Source: Anaeromyxobacter sp.
Lineage (GTDB): Bacteria; Myxococcota; Myxococcia; Myxococcales; Anaeromyxobacteraceae
Direction of reading: 5' to 3'
NCBI GenBank assembly: GCA_049840735.1
Contig: JASGJN010000007.1
Coordinates: 64,001 to 128,000, forward strand
DNA: 64,000 nucleotides
In this document: positions 1 through 11,347 of the stretch, in pieces
Numbering within the stretch: position 1 is the stretch's first letter
Layout: every line of letters begins with the position of its first letter
Position numbers and translations under genes: made by a program
The notes under the pieces: generated by a model
Database searches by the model: none
The model's input: only the letters and a program-made list of their open reading frames with translations
What the model was told of the DNA's origin: nothing

Positions 1-48
1 GGCACCGACTACCGGCAGCTGGCGCTCTTCGCGACCTTCCGGCTGTGA
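1..48 (+). CDS. 3' end of a gene entering from the left (GTDYRQLALFATFRL*), possibly the last beta-strand of an outer-membrane protein
   Basis: Open frame 1-48 with GC3-rich codons ending in TGA; alternating hydrophobic C-terminus. Confidence 0.5.
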   Translation, partial: GTDYRQLALFATFRL

Positions 49-70
49 GCGGCGGCGGGGCGGGGGGCGC

Positions 71-247
71 TCACCCCCCGCCCCTGAGCATGTCGATCAG
101 CAGGATGAAGAAGACCACCGGCACCAGCAGCGCCACCAGCCCGCCCACGATCATCGCCGCCACCACGCCCCAGCGCGCGGGGCCGGGGGGAGGCAGCTGG
201 ATGTCCAGCGCGAAGGGGTTCTTCTTGCGGCGGAGCGGGTTGGTCAT
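71..247 (-). CDS. Small single-pass membrane hypothetical protein (58 aa)
   Basis: MTNPLRRKKNPF... followed by a hydrophobic stretch (WGVVAAMIVGGLVALLVPVVFFILLI); typical codon usage. Confidence 0.55.
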   Translation of the reverse strand: MTNPLRRKKNPFALDIQLPPPGPARWGVVAAMIVGGLVALLVPVVFFILLIDMLRGGG

Positions 248-419
248 GGACCCAGCCTCGGGGGAGCTCGTGGAGCGTGACGGCGTCGCCGCCGCCGGTG
301 GCGGCATGCCCGAGGTCTAGCGCGCCGCGCGCCGCCCTGTCGACGCCAGCGGCGGGCCCCGGGCGCGTTGACGGACAGGAACCGCCTGGCTATACGGCAG
401 CCATGCCGAGCCAGGCCCG

Positions 420-1469
420 ATGAGCGTCCTCTCAGAGCTGGGGTGGGGCCCGTTCTTCTCCTCGCAGCTGACGCTGGAGGAGGGAGAGGGCCTGCGCGTG
501 GGGCGAGCGGTGGAGGACCTCGGCCCGCGCCTGCTGGTGCGCTTCGAGGACGGCGACCGGCTGGTGGTGGTCCCGGGCCGGCTCAAGGCCGCCGGCCAGG
601 TGCCGGTGGTGGGCGACTTCCTGCTGGCCGGGGCGGGCGACGAGCCGCCGGTGGTGCGCGTGCTGGAGCGGCGCTCCTCGCTGTCGCGCGGCGTGGCCGG
701 GCGGCGGCTGGAGGAGCAGGTGCTGGCCGCCAACCTCGATCGCGTGCTGGTGGTGCAGGGGCTGGACGTGCCGGTCAACGCCCGCCGGCTGGAGCGGACG
801 CTGGCGGCGGTGCACGCCGGCGGGGCCGAGCCGGTGGTGGTGCTCACCAAGGCGGACCTGGTGGACGCCCCGGAGGCCGCGGTGGCGGAGGCCGCGGCGG
901 TGGCGGGCGGCGCGCGGGTGCTGGCGGTCTCCTGCACCGGCGGCGCCGGGCTGGAGGCGCTGCGCGCCGAGCTGCCCAGCGGCGTGACCGGCGCGCTGGT
1001 GGGCCCCTCCGGCGCCGGCAAGTCCACGCTGCTCAACGCCCTGGCCGGCGAGGCGGTGCAGCCCATCGGCGCGGTGCGCGAGGCCGATCGGCGGGGGCGC
1101 CACACCACCACCGGGCGGCGGCTGTTCCTGCTGCCCGGCGGCGGGGCGCTGGTGGACGGGCCGGGCATCCGCGAGCTCAAGCTCTGGGACGGCGCCGGGG
1201 TGCAGGAGGTGTTCGACGACGTGGCCGAGGTGGCGGCCGGCTGCCGCTTCGCCGACTGCCGCCACGCCGGCGAGCCCGGGTGCGCGGTGGCCGCGGCCGT
1301 GGCCGAGGGGCGGCTCGACCCGGCGCGCGTCGAGAGCCAGCACAAGCTGGAGCGCGAGGTGGCCGCCGCCGCGGCGCGGCAAGGTGGCGCAGCCGCGCGC
1401 GCGGAGAAGGCCCGCTGGAAGGCGGTCAGCAAGGAGATCAAGCGGCTCTACAAGGGTCGGGGAAGATGA
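420..1469 (+). CDS. rsgA: Ribosome small subunit-dependent GTPase A
   Basis: VVGD OB-fold, LAANLD, TKAD (G4), GPSGAGKSTLLN (G1), GRHTTT (G2), DGPG (G3) in permuted order; zinc finger CRFADCRHAGEPGC. Confidence 0.95.
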   Translation: MSVLSELGWGPFFSSQLTLEEGEGLRVGRAVEDLGPRLLVRFEDGDRLVVVPGRLKAAGQVPVVGDFLLAGAGDEPPVVRVLERRSSLSRGVAGRRLEEQVLAANLDRVLVVQGLDVPVNARRLERTLAAVHAGGAEPVVVLTKADLVDAPEAAVAEAAAVAGGARVLAVSCTGGAGLEALRAELPSGVTGALVGPSGAGKSTLLNALAGEAVQPIGAVREADRRGRHTTTGRRLFLLPGGGALVDGPGIRELKLWDGAGVQEVFDDVAEVAAGCRFADCRHAGEPGCAVAAAVAEGRLDPARVESQHKLEREVAAAAARQGGAAARAEKARWKAVSKEIKRLYKGRGR

Positions 1470-1495
1470 GCGGCCACACGGTGTTGCGGTGGGTT

Positions 1496-1567
1496 CCGTT
1501 CGCCCTGGGTCCTTCGACCCCGGGCCGCTGCGCGGCCCTACGCTCAGGACGGGCGGAGTCGAAGGGC
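1496..1567. repeat. REP-like palindromic repeat (CCTGAGCGTAG...GTCGAAGG family), nested or chimeric copy
   Basis: ccttcgac-[GC hairpin]-ctacgctcagg core shared with 6025-6087 and 32940-32986. Confidence 0.75.
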
Positions 1568-1629
1568 AAGGGCCATTGGCGGGGCAGGCGCTTGACGACG
1601 CCGCCCGGGGCGGATAACCCTTGTTGCCG

Positions 1630-1701
1630 ATGAGCACGCGTCGCCTCACCGGTCGACTTCTTCGCCAGGCGGGAGAGTCTCTCCTCGCCGGCCTGGCCTG
1701 A
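1630..1701 (+). CDS. Putative leucine leader peptide MSTRRLTGRLLRQAGESLLAGLA (23 aa, 6 Leu)
   Basis: Short ORF about 100 nt upstream of leuA with tandem Leu codons (CTT CTT; CTC CTC), overlapping alternative RNA pairings. Confidence 0.65.
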   Translation: MSTRRLTGRLLRQAGESLLAGLA

Positions 1702-1751
1702 CCGACCGCGCGACGAAGACCTCTCCCGCCGTCCCCGGCCGGTGAGAGGTC
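1645..1751 (+). promoter_or_regulatory. Putative Leu-responsive attenuator with mutually exclusive RNA structures
   Basis: Hairpin 1718-1725/1744-1751 (gacctctc/gagaggtc) competes with 1668-1677/1721-1730 (10 bp perfect) and 1645-1654/1737-1746. Confidence 0.6.
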
Positions 1752-1805
1752 ACTTCCCGACAGACCGACACCTCCCCGGCCCCAACACCAGCCGAGGAGC
1801 ACGCC

Positions 1806-3150
1806 ATGTCGAAGTCGAGGATGCCGAGCCAGAAGTACCGACCCTTCCCGTCCGTGGACCTGCCGGATCGCCAGTGGCCGTCGCGGCGCATCGAGGCGCC
1901 GCCGCGCTGGTGCTCGGTGGACCTGCGCGACGGGAACCAGGCGCTGGTCGAGCCCATGGGGCCGGAGCGCAAGCGGCTGCTCTTCGACGCGCTGGTCCGC
2001 ATGGGCGTCCGCGAGATCGAGGTCGGCTTCCCGTCCGCGTCCAAGCCCGAGTTCGACTTCGTCCGCGAGGTGGTGGAGCGGGGCGTACCGGAGGGCGTGA
2101 CCATCCAGGTGCTGACCCAGGCCCGCGAGCCGCTGGTCCGGCGCACCTTCGAGGCCATCCGCGGCGCGCCGCGGGCGGTGGTCCACCTGTACAACTCGAC
2201 CTCCGAGGTGCAGCGCCGGGTGGTCTTCGGGAAGGACCGCGCCGGCATCGTGGAGATCGCCGTGGAGGGCGTGCGGCTGGTGCGGGCGCTGGCGGCGGAG
2301 CTCCCGGAGACCGAGGTGGTGCTGGAGTACTCGCCGGAGAGCTTCACCGGCACCGAGCTCGACTTCGCGGCGGAGATCTGCGAGGCGGTGATGGAGGCCT
2401 GGGGCGCCTCGCCGGAGCGGCCGGTGATCCTGAACCTGCCGGCCACCGTGGAGCTGGCCACCCCCAACGTGTACGCCGACCAGATCGAGTGGTTCGCGCG
2501 CCACGTCCGGAACGACGGCCGCTACGTGCTCTCGGTCCACCCGCACAACGACCGCGGGACGGCGGTGGCCGCGGCCGAGCTTTCGGTCATGGCCGGCGCC
2601 CACCGGGTGGAGGGGACGCTGTTCGGCAACGGCGAGCGGACCGGCAACGTGGACCTGGTGACGCTGGCGCTCAACCTGCACACGCAGGGCGTGGACCCGG
2701 GGCTGGACCTGTCCGACCTGGACCAGCTGGTCCGGCTGGCCGAGCACGTCACGCGCATGCCGGTCCACCCGCGCCACCCCTACGCCGGCCGGCTGGTCTA
2801 CACCGCCTTCTCCGGCTCGCACCAGGACGCCATCCGCAAGGGGTTCGCGGTGCGTGAAGCCGAGGGAGGGGCCGACGGGGCCGGGCCGCGCTGGGAGGTG
2901 CCGTACCTGCCCATCGACCCGGCGGACGTGGGGCGGACGTACGAGGAGGTGATCCGGGTGAACAGCCAGTCCGGGAAGGGCGGCGTGGGCTGGGTGCTGG
3001 AGACGCACGGCGGGATCCGGGCCTCGCGCGAGCGGCTGGTGGAGTTCGCCGGCGTGGTGCAGGAGGCGGCCGAGGCGCGGGGCGCGGACCTGGCCCCTGC
3101 GGAGATCCTGGAGATTCTGGGAGCGCGCCTACGGCGTCCGGAGCGCCTGA
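1806..3150 (+). CDS. leuA: 2-isopropylmalate synthase (yeast/mycobacterial-type), short form without the C-terminal regulatory domain; +1 indel at ~3115 (uncorrected ORF runs to 3260)
   Basis: DLRDGNQAL, EYSPESFTGTE, HPHNDRGT, GNGERTGNVD, AFSGSHQDAI, IRVNSQSGKGG; removing one T from GATTC gives ...EIWERAYGVRSA* ending at 3150. Confidence 0.93.
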
Positions 3151-3267
3151 CGGGCGCACGCCCCGCGGCAGGCCCAGGGTGGGCGCAGGCCGGGGCCCCG
3201 CGCGGACGCGTGCGGGCCCCGGCCGGTCGCGCTAGCTTCCACGCTCACGCTCGACGGTGAGGTGCAC

Positions 3268-4254
3268 ATGGAGCTGCGCGCGCTGGGGACCCAGGGGCTG
3301 ACCGTCTCGGCGGTGGGGTTGGGCTGCATGGGGATGAGCGAGTTCTACGGGCCGGCCGACGAGGCCGCCTCCATCGCCACCATCCACCGCGCGCTCGAGC
3401 TGGGCATCACCTTCCTCGACACGGCCGACATGTACGGGCCGTTCAAGAACGAGGTGCTGGTGGGGCGCGCGGTGAAGGGCCGGCGCGACAAGGTGGTGAT
3501 CGCCACCAAGTTCGGGAACGAGCGGCGGCCGGACGGCAGCTGGGTGGGCATCAACGGGCGCCCGGAGTACGTGAAGGCCGCCTGCGACGGGTCGCTGCAG
3601 CGCCTGGGGGTCGATCACATCGATCTCTACTACCAGCACCGGGTGGACTCGAACGTGCCCATCGAGGACACGGTGGGCGCCATGGCCGACCTGGTCCGCC
3701 AGGGCAAGGTCCGCTTCCTCGGGCTCTCCGAGGCCGCGCCGGCGACGATCCGGCGGGCTCATGCGGTCCACCCCATCAGCGCGCTGCAGACCGAGTACTC
3801 GCTCTGGAGCCGCGACCCGGAGGACGCCATCCTCCCCACGCTGCGCGAGCTGCGCATCGGCTTCGTCCCCTACAGCCCGCTGGGACGCGGCTTCCTCACC
3901 GGCCGCTTCCGCAAACCGGAGGACCTGCCGGAGAGCGACTTCCGCCGGACCTCGCCGCGCTTCCAGGGCGAGAACTTCCAGCGGAACCTGGCGCTGGTGG
4001 ACCAGATCAACGCCATGGCTCGGGAGCGGGGCGTGAAGCCGTCGCAGCTGGCGCTGGCCTGGGTGCTGGCGCAGGGCAAGGACGTGGCGCCCATTCCCGG
4101 GACCACCGCGGTCGCGCACCTGGAGGAGAACGCCACCGCGACGTCGATCTTCCTCACCGCGCAGGAGCTGGCGCGGATCGACGCCGTCGCGCCGCGCGGC
4201 GCGGCCGCGGGCGATCGGTATCCGCCGGCGGGGATGGCGCGGGTGAACCTGTAA
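3268..4254 (+). CDS. Aldo/keto reductase
   Basis: [52 protein letters not shown]. Confidence 0.93.
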   Translation: MELRALGTQGLTVSAVGLGCMGMSEFYGPADEAASIATIHRALELGITFLDTADMYGPFKNEVLVGRAVKGRRDKVVIATKFGNERRPDGSWVGINGRPEYVKAACDGSLQRLGVDHIDLYYQHRVDSNVPIEDTVGAMADLVRQGKVRFLGLSEAAPATIRRAHAVHPISALQTEYSLWSRDPEDAILPTLRELRIGFVPYSPLGRGFLTGRFRKPEDLPESDFRRTSPRFQGENFQRNLALVDQINAMARERGVKPSQLALAWVLAQGKDVAPIPGTTAVAHLEENATATSIFLTAQELARIDAVAPRGAAAGDRYPPAGMARVNL

Positions 4255-4415
4255 AGGCTCCGGCGGGGCGGCGCCCCCGCCGGACCGGGTGGGAAGCCTC
4301 GCACTGCCCGTCACACGCGCAACCGCTGCCTCGCGCGCGGGCAGCTGGTGCGGCGACGCATCGCGCGGTCCCGAGGCGCAGTGCGCGCCGCGTTCCGGCG
4401 CGTAGCATCCACTGC

Positions 4416-5070
4416 ATGCGCAATCCAATTCGCGTGCTGGGAAGGATCGATCTGGCGGTGCAGGTCTGGTCGGCGCTCCGCAGCGCCGGCGTGGAGGCGG
4501 ATCTCCACGTCGGCGCGCCGGCGGCGGCAGGCGCAGGGATAGGGCCGGGCACGCCGGGCGTGGACGTGATCGCCTACTCCGGCCTCTCCGGCGCCGACTT
4601 CCGCGCCGCCATCCGGCGGGCGGCGCCGTCGAGGCCGGTGGTGGCGGTCTCCTGGCCGGAGGCGGGGACCACCGTCGCGACCGCGGCGCAGGGCCGGCGC
4701 GGCCCGCACGCCCACCTGGCCTGGCCGGCCACAGGCCAGGCCATCGCCGAGGCCTGCGACCGCGCCCCGGCCGCCGGGGGCGTGCGCAGGCCGCTGCTGC
4801 CGCGCGCGCTGTGGCCGGAGACGGTGGCCCTCGGCCTCCTCCTGGCGGCGCTCGTGGCCTGCGCGCTGGCGGTGGTCCACTGGCGCGACCACCCGGTCCG
4901 CGCCGTGCCCGTCGAGGCGCTGGTGCTGGTGGTGCTGGGGCTCGTCCCGGTCCTCCGCGCGCGCCACCGGGCGGTGTTCCACCGGCTCAACCTGGTGATG
5001 GGCGGTGCTGCTGGCCGCCGGGGTGAGCGGCGTGCTGGCCTCGGTGCTGCACCTGGCGCCGTTCAACTGA
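4416..5070 (+). CDS. Hypothetical membrane protein (degenerate receiver-like N-terminus, about 3 TM helices); +1 indel at ~5001
   Basis: GC3-rich frame switches at gtgatg-g-gcg into AVLLAAGVSGVLASVLHLAPFN* ending at 5070. Confidence 0.5.
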
Positions 5071-5102
5071 GGCCGGCCCGTCCAGGGTCCGTCGTTGCCG
5101 TC

Positions 5103-5510
5103 ATGCGTCCCCGTGCCGTTCTTTCCGGTGTGAAGCCCGATCGGCTCCAGCTGGCCAGCGACGCGTACGCCCAGGCGCTGGCGGGTGCCCGCGCCAGCCC
5201 CACGCCTGCCCGGTGGCGCCGGCTGCTCAGGGCCGCGGCCAACCTCCGCGCGGCGCGCGCGCCTGGCCCGCAGCCAGGGCGGATCGTCCTGGCCCCCGTG
5301 ATCCCGGGGCCCGGGGCGCGGGCGGACGACCTCCGGCGGGCTGCCGCCCGCCACGCCGATGTGCTCGCCGAGGTCGCGCGGGCGCGACGGCTCATGGCCC
5401 AGTCCCACCGGCTCTGCGCCGAGGCGCTGCGGCTCCGGGAGGAGCTCCGGGTGCTGGTGGAGCAGTGTCGCGGCAGCATCGGCGAGGCCCGGCGCGCGGA
5501 GCAGCGGTGA
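5103..5510 (+). CDS. Hypothetical helical or coiled-coil protein
   Basis: Distal part of ORF 4416..5510 with its own ATG (5103) or GTG; Arg/Ala/Leu-rich, no recognisable motif. Confidence 0.4.
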   Translation: MRPRAVLSGVKPDRLQLASDAYAQALAGARASPTPARWRRLLRAAANLRAARAPGPQPGRIVLAPVIPGPGARADDLRRAAARHADVLAEVARARRLMAQSHRLCAEALRLREELRVLVEQCRGSIGEARRAEQR

Positions 5511-5714
5511 GCGACCGCATGGACCTGGTGCGCCCGCCCCCTCGTCCGTTCAGGGCGTGACCAGGTGCCCGCGCGCGCCGCCGCGCACGGGCTTGCGCCC
5601 GTCCGGTGGCCCCGCAAAGAGAAGTGGACTCCCGGCCGGGAGGTGCCGCAAGTTACGCCGGTCCTGCGCTTGCAGGCCGCCCGCGCCGCCGCCGGCGCGC
5701 CGGAGGAACCCAAA

Positions 5715-6490
5715 GTGAATGGCCCGGAACTGACCCCCGTGCAGCGCCTCGCCCTCGCGTTCTACGCCCTGTTCGCCGTGCTCTTCCGCGCCGACTTCGC
5801 TGCAGCCGTGGCGCGCGCGAAGGAGGCGCACCAGGCCGGCGCGCTCCCGCCGCCGGGCCCGGCCGGCGCCCCGCAGGCCGGCCGCACCACCGTCGAGCCG
5901 GCCTGGACCGCCACGCCCTCCGGCGGCGCCGTCGCGCCGCCCAGGAAGGCCGACGCCGGCCCCGGCCCGGGCCACGTCTCGGCGCCGCCGGCCACGCCTA
6001 CGCCCATGGCCCCGGCCCCGGCCACCGTTCGCCCTGAGCGTAGCGAGCCCGCAGGGCTCGCGGAGTCGAAGGGCGAAGGGCGAACGGCCCCCGCGCGCGC
6101 CGAGCCGGCCCGCCCAGACACCCGCTCCGCCCTGCAGCTCTTGGCGGTGCTGCAGCGCGAGGGGCGGCTGGTGGACTTCATCGAGGAGGACCTGACCGGC
6201 TTCCCCGACGCCTCCATCGGCGCCGCGGCGCGGACCGTCCACGCCGGCTGCAAGAAGGCCATCCAGGAGCTGTTCGCGCTGGAGCCGGTCTACCGCGAGG
6301 CGGAGGGGGCGCAGGTCACCGTGGCGCCCGGCTTCGACGCCAGCGCGGTCCGGCTCACCGGCAACGTGGTGGGCAAGCCGCCGTTCAAGGGGGCGCTGCG
6401 CCACCACGGCTGGCGCGTGAAGGACGTGAAGCTCCCGGCCGCGCCGGATGGGCAGGACGCCCGCATCGTGGCCCCGGCGGAGGTGGAGCT

Positions 6491-6494
<4 letters not shown>
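5715..6494 (+). CDS. DUF2760 domain protein (N-terminal hydrophobic helix, Pro/Ala linker)
   Basis: GGAGGA RBS then GTG 5715; ALQLLAVLQREGRLVDFIEEDL, IGAAARTVHAGC, VRLTGNVVGKPPFKGALRHHGW, IVAPAEVEL. Confidence 0.88.
6025..6087. repeat. REP-like palindromic repeat inserted in-frame in the DUF2760 gene
   Basis: 63 bp with 11-bp perfect terminal inverted repeat ccgttcgccct/agggcgaacgg; core shared with intergenic copies. Confidence 0.8.
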
Positions 6495-8340
<1,846 letters not shown>

Positions 8341-8344
<4 letters not shown>

Positions 8345-11139
8345 GCGCGGGCGCGGACGAGGCGAGGTACCTGGTCGGCATCGACCTGGGGACGGTCAAC
8401 ACCGCGCTGGCGGCGGTGGACCTGGCGCGCGGCGGCGACCTGGCCGAGGCGGTCCAGGCGCTGGAGATCCCGCAGCTGGTGGCGCCGGGCGAGGTGGCGG
8501 CGCGGCGGCTGCTCCCGTCCAGCGCCTACCTGCCCGGCCCGGAGCTGCCGGCCGAGGCGCGGCGGCTCCCCTGGGGGGAGCCGGAGGTGGTGGTGGGCGA
8601 GCTGGCCCGCGAGCAGGGGGCCCGCGTCCCGGGCCGGCTGGTCAGCTCCGCCAAGAGCTGGCTGGCCAACCCGCGCGCCGATCGGACCGCGCCCATCCTG
8701 CCCTGGGGCGCGCCGGAGGAAATCCCGCGCCTCTCGCCGGTGGAGGCCTCGGCCCGCTACCTGGCCCACCTGCGCGACAGCTGGGACGCCGGCCACCCCG
8801 GCGCGCCGCTGGCACAGCAGGAGCTCGCGCTGGCGGTGCCGGCCTCCTTCGACGAGGTGGCCCGCGAGCTGACGCTGGAGGCGGCCCGCCAGGCCGGGCT
8901 CACCCGCGTCACGCTGCTGGAGGAGCCGGCGGCGGCGTTCCACGACTGGGCCAGCCGCCACCGCGCCGATCTGGCGGCGGCGCTGCACGGGCTGCCGGAC
9001 GGGGCCGAGGCGCCGGAGGCGCCGGTGCTGGTGCTGGTGGTGGACGTGGGCGGCGGCACCACCGACCTGACCCTGGTCCGGGCCGAGGTGAAGGCGGACC
9101 GGCCGCGCTTCACGCGCCTGGCGGTGGGCGACCACCTGCTGCTGGGCGGCGACAACATGGACCTGGCCCTGGCGCGCGCGGTCGAGGCCCGGCGCGGGGA
9201 GAAGCTGGACGCGGCCCGCTTCGGCGCGCTGGTCCAGGCCTGCCGCCTGGCCAAGGAGCGGCTGCTGGCGGACGGCGGGCCGGAGCGGCTGCCGGTGGCG
9301 GTGGTGGGGCGGGGGAGCCGGCTGCTCGCCAGCGCCGTCTCGGCCGAGGTGACGCGCGAGGAGGTCCGGACGCTGGTGCGGGACGGCTTCTTCCCGGTGG
9401 TGGCGCCGGAGGAGCGGCCGCGCCGCGGCGCCCGCACCGCCGCGCTGGCCGAGCTGGGGCTGCCCTACGAGGCCGATCCGGCCATCACCCGCCACGTGGC
9501 GGCCTTCCTGGCCGCCCACGCGGCCGAGGCGGGGGCGCAGGCCGGCGGGCTGGCGCGGCCGGACGCGGTGCTGGTCAACGGCGGCGTGTTCACGCCGCGC
9601 GAGCTGCGCGAGCGGCTCGTCGAGGTGGTCTCGGCGCTCTTCCCTGGGCGCCCCCCGGTGCGCCTCCTGGCCAGCCCGGCGCTGGACCTGGCGGTGGCGC
9701 GCGGGGCGGTCTTCTCGGCGCTGGTGCGGCGCGGCATCGGCCTGCGCATCGGCGGCGGCTCGGCCCGCGCCTTCTACGTGGGCATCGCCACGCCGGAGGG
9801 GGAGCGGGCGCTGTGCGTGGTGCCGCGCCACCAGGAGGAGGGGAGCCGCATCGAGGTGCCGCGCCCCTTCACGCTGGCGCTGGGACGCCCGGTGAAGTTC
9901 CCCCTCTTCGCCTCGGTGCGCGGGCGGCTGGAGCAGCCCGGCGACGTGATCCCGCCCGGCGAGGAGCTCCTGTCCCTGCCGCCGCTGGAGACGGTGCTGC
10001 GCGGCCAGGCCGGCGCGCAGGCGGCGGAGGTGCCGGTCCGGCTGGAGGCGGCGCTGACCGGGATCGGCACGCTCGAGCTCTGGTGCGTGGCCACCGATCG
10101 CGACGCGCGCTGGAGGCTGGAGTTCGGGCTGCGGGGCGGGGCGCGCGGCGAGGCGGCGCCCACCGAGGTGGCGCAGGCGCCGCGGCGGCTGGAGGAGGCC
10201 CACGCGCAGGTGGAGCTCTTCTTCGGCAAGAAGGCGGCGGTGGAGAGGAAGGAGGTCAAGGGGCTCTCCCGCGCGCTGGAGAAGGTGCTGGGGCCGCGCG
10301 AGGGCTGGTCCACGCCGGTGGTGCGCGATCTGTGGGGCGCGCTCCACGCCGGGCGGAGCCGCCGGCGCCGCAGCGCCAATCACGAGCGGGTCTGGCTCCA
10401 GCTCACCGGCTACTGCCTGCGCCCCGGCTTCGGGGCGCCGCTGGACGGCTGGCGCGCCGCCGAGACCTGGGCGCTGTTCGGCGAGGGGCTGCAGTTCCAG
10501 GCCGACCCGCGGGCCTGGGCCGCCTGGTGGGTGATGTGGCGGCGCATCGCCGGCGGGCTGGAGGCGGCGGCGCAGGCGCGGCTGCTCGAGGTGGTGGCCC
10601 CGTTCCTGCGCCCCCGGGATCCGCGCAGGCCGCCGCCCAAGGTGGCCGGGGTGAAGCCGGAGGCGGTGGACGAGATGATCCGCCTGGCCGGCAGCCTGGA
10701 GCGGCTCGAGCCGGCGCGGAAGGCCGAGGTGGGGGAGTGGCTCCTGGCGCGGCTGGAGGCGGACGGGCCCGCGGCCCACCTGCTCTGGGCGCTGGGGCGG
10801 CTGGGCGCGCGCGTGCCCTTCCACGGCAGCGCGCACCAGGTGGTGCCGCCGGCGGTGGCCGAGGGCTGGATCGAGCGGCTGCTGGCCGGGGGCGCGCCGC
10901 CGGCCGAGCTGGCCTTCCCGCTGGCGCAGCTGGCGCGCCGCAGCGGCGACCGGGCCCGCGACGTGGGGGAGCCGGCGCGGGTGCGGGTGCTGGACGCGCT
11001 CGCGCGGGCGCGTACGCCGGAGGCGCTGCTGACCCCGGTGCGGGAGGTGGCGGAGGCCAGCTCCGACGCGGAGCAGCGCATCTTCGGCGAGAGCCTTCCC
11101 GCGGGGTTGCGCCTGGTCGAGGATGTCAAGGGCACGTGA
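8341..11139 (+). CDS. Hsp70 family protein with C-terminal DUF3731 region (932 aa)
   Basis: GIDLGTVNT, VPASFD, EEPAAA, VDVGGGTTD, LLGGDNMD; C-terminal RRRRSANHERVWLQLTGYCLRPGFG, WWVMWRRIAGGL, WALGRLGARVP, FGESLPAGLRL; GTGA overlap. Confidence 0.92.
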
Positions 11140-11291
11140 ACCAATCCCCTCCCGTCGCCGGGCGGCCGATACGCTTCGCATCGCTTCGTTGCTCCTCCCT
11201 CACATACCCGCGGGGTATGCTCGGTCGTCGCGCCTCGCGCTGCTCGCGTCTCGACCGCCGGGCTCGGTCCGGGGATCGATTCACGCGCCCT
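11129..11291. mobile_element. MITE/ERIC-like non-autonomous element (~163 bp)
   Basis: Imperfect 21-bp terminal inverted repeats agggcacgtgaaccaatcccc / ggggatcgattcacgcgccct; central hairpin cataccc-gcg-gggtatg; lower GC than flanks. Confidence 0.65.
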
Positions 11292-11347
11292 GGCCGGCGC
11301 GGCCCCGGCAGGGCGCCCGAAAACCTCTCCCACCCGCCGCGCGGAAG

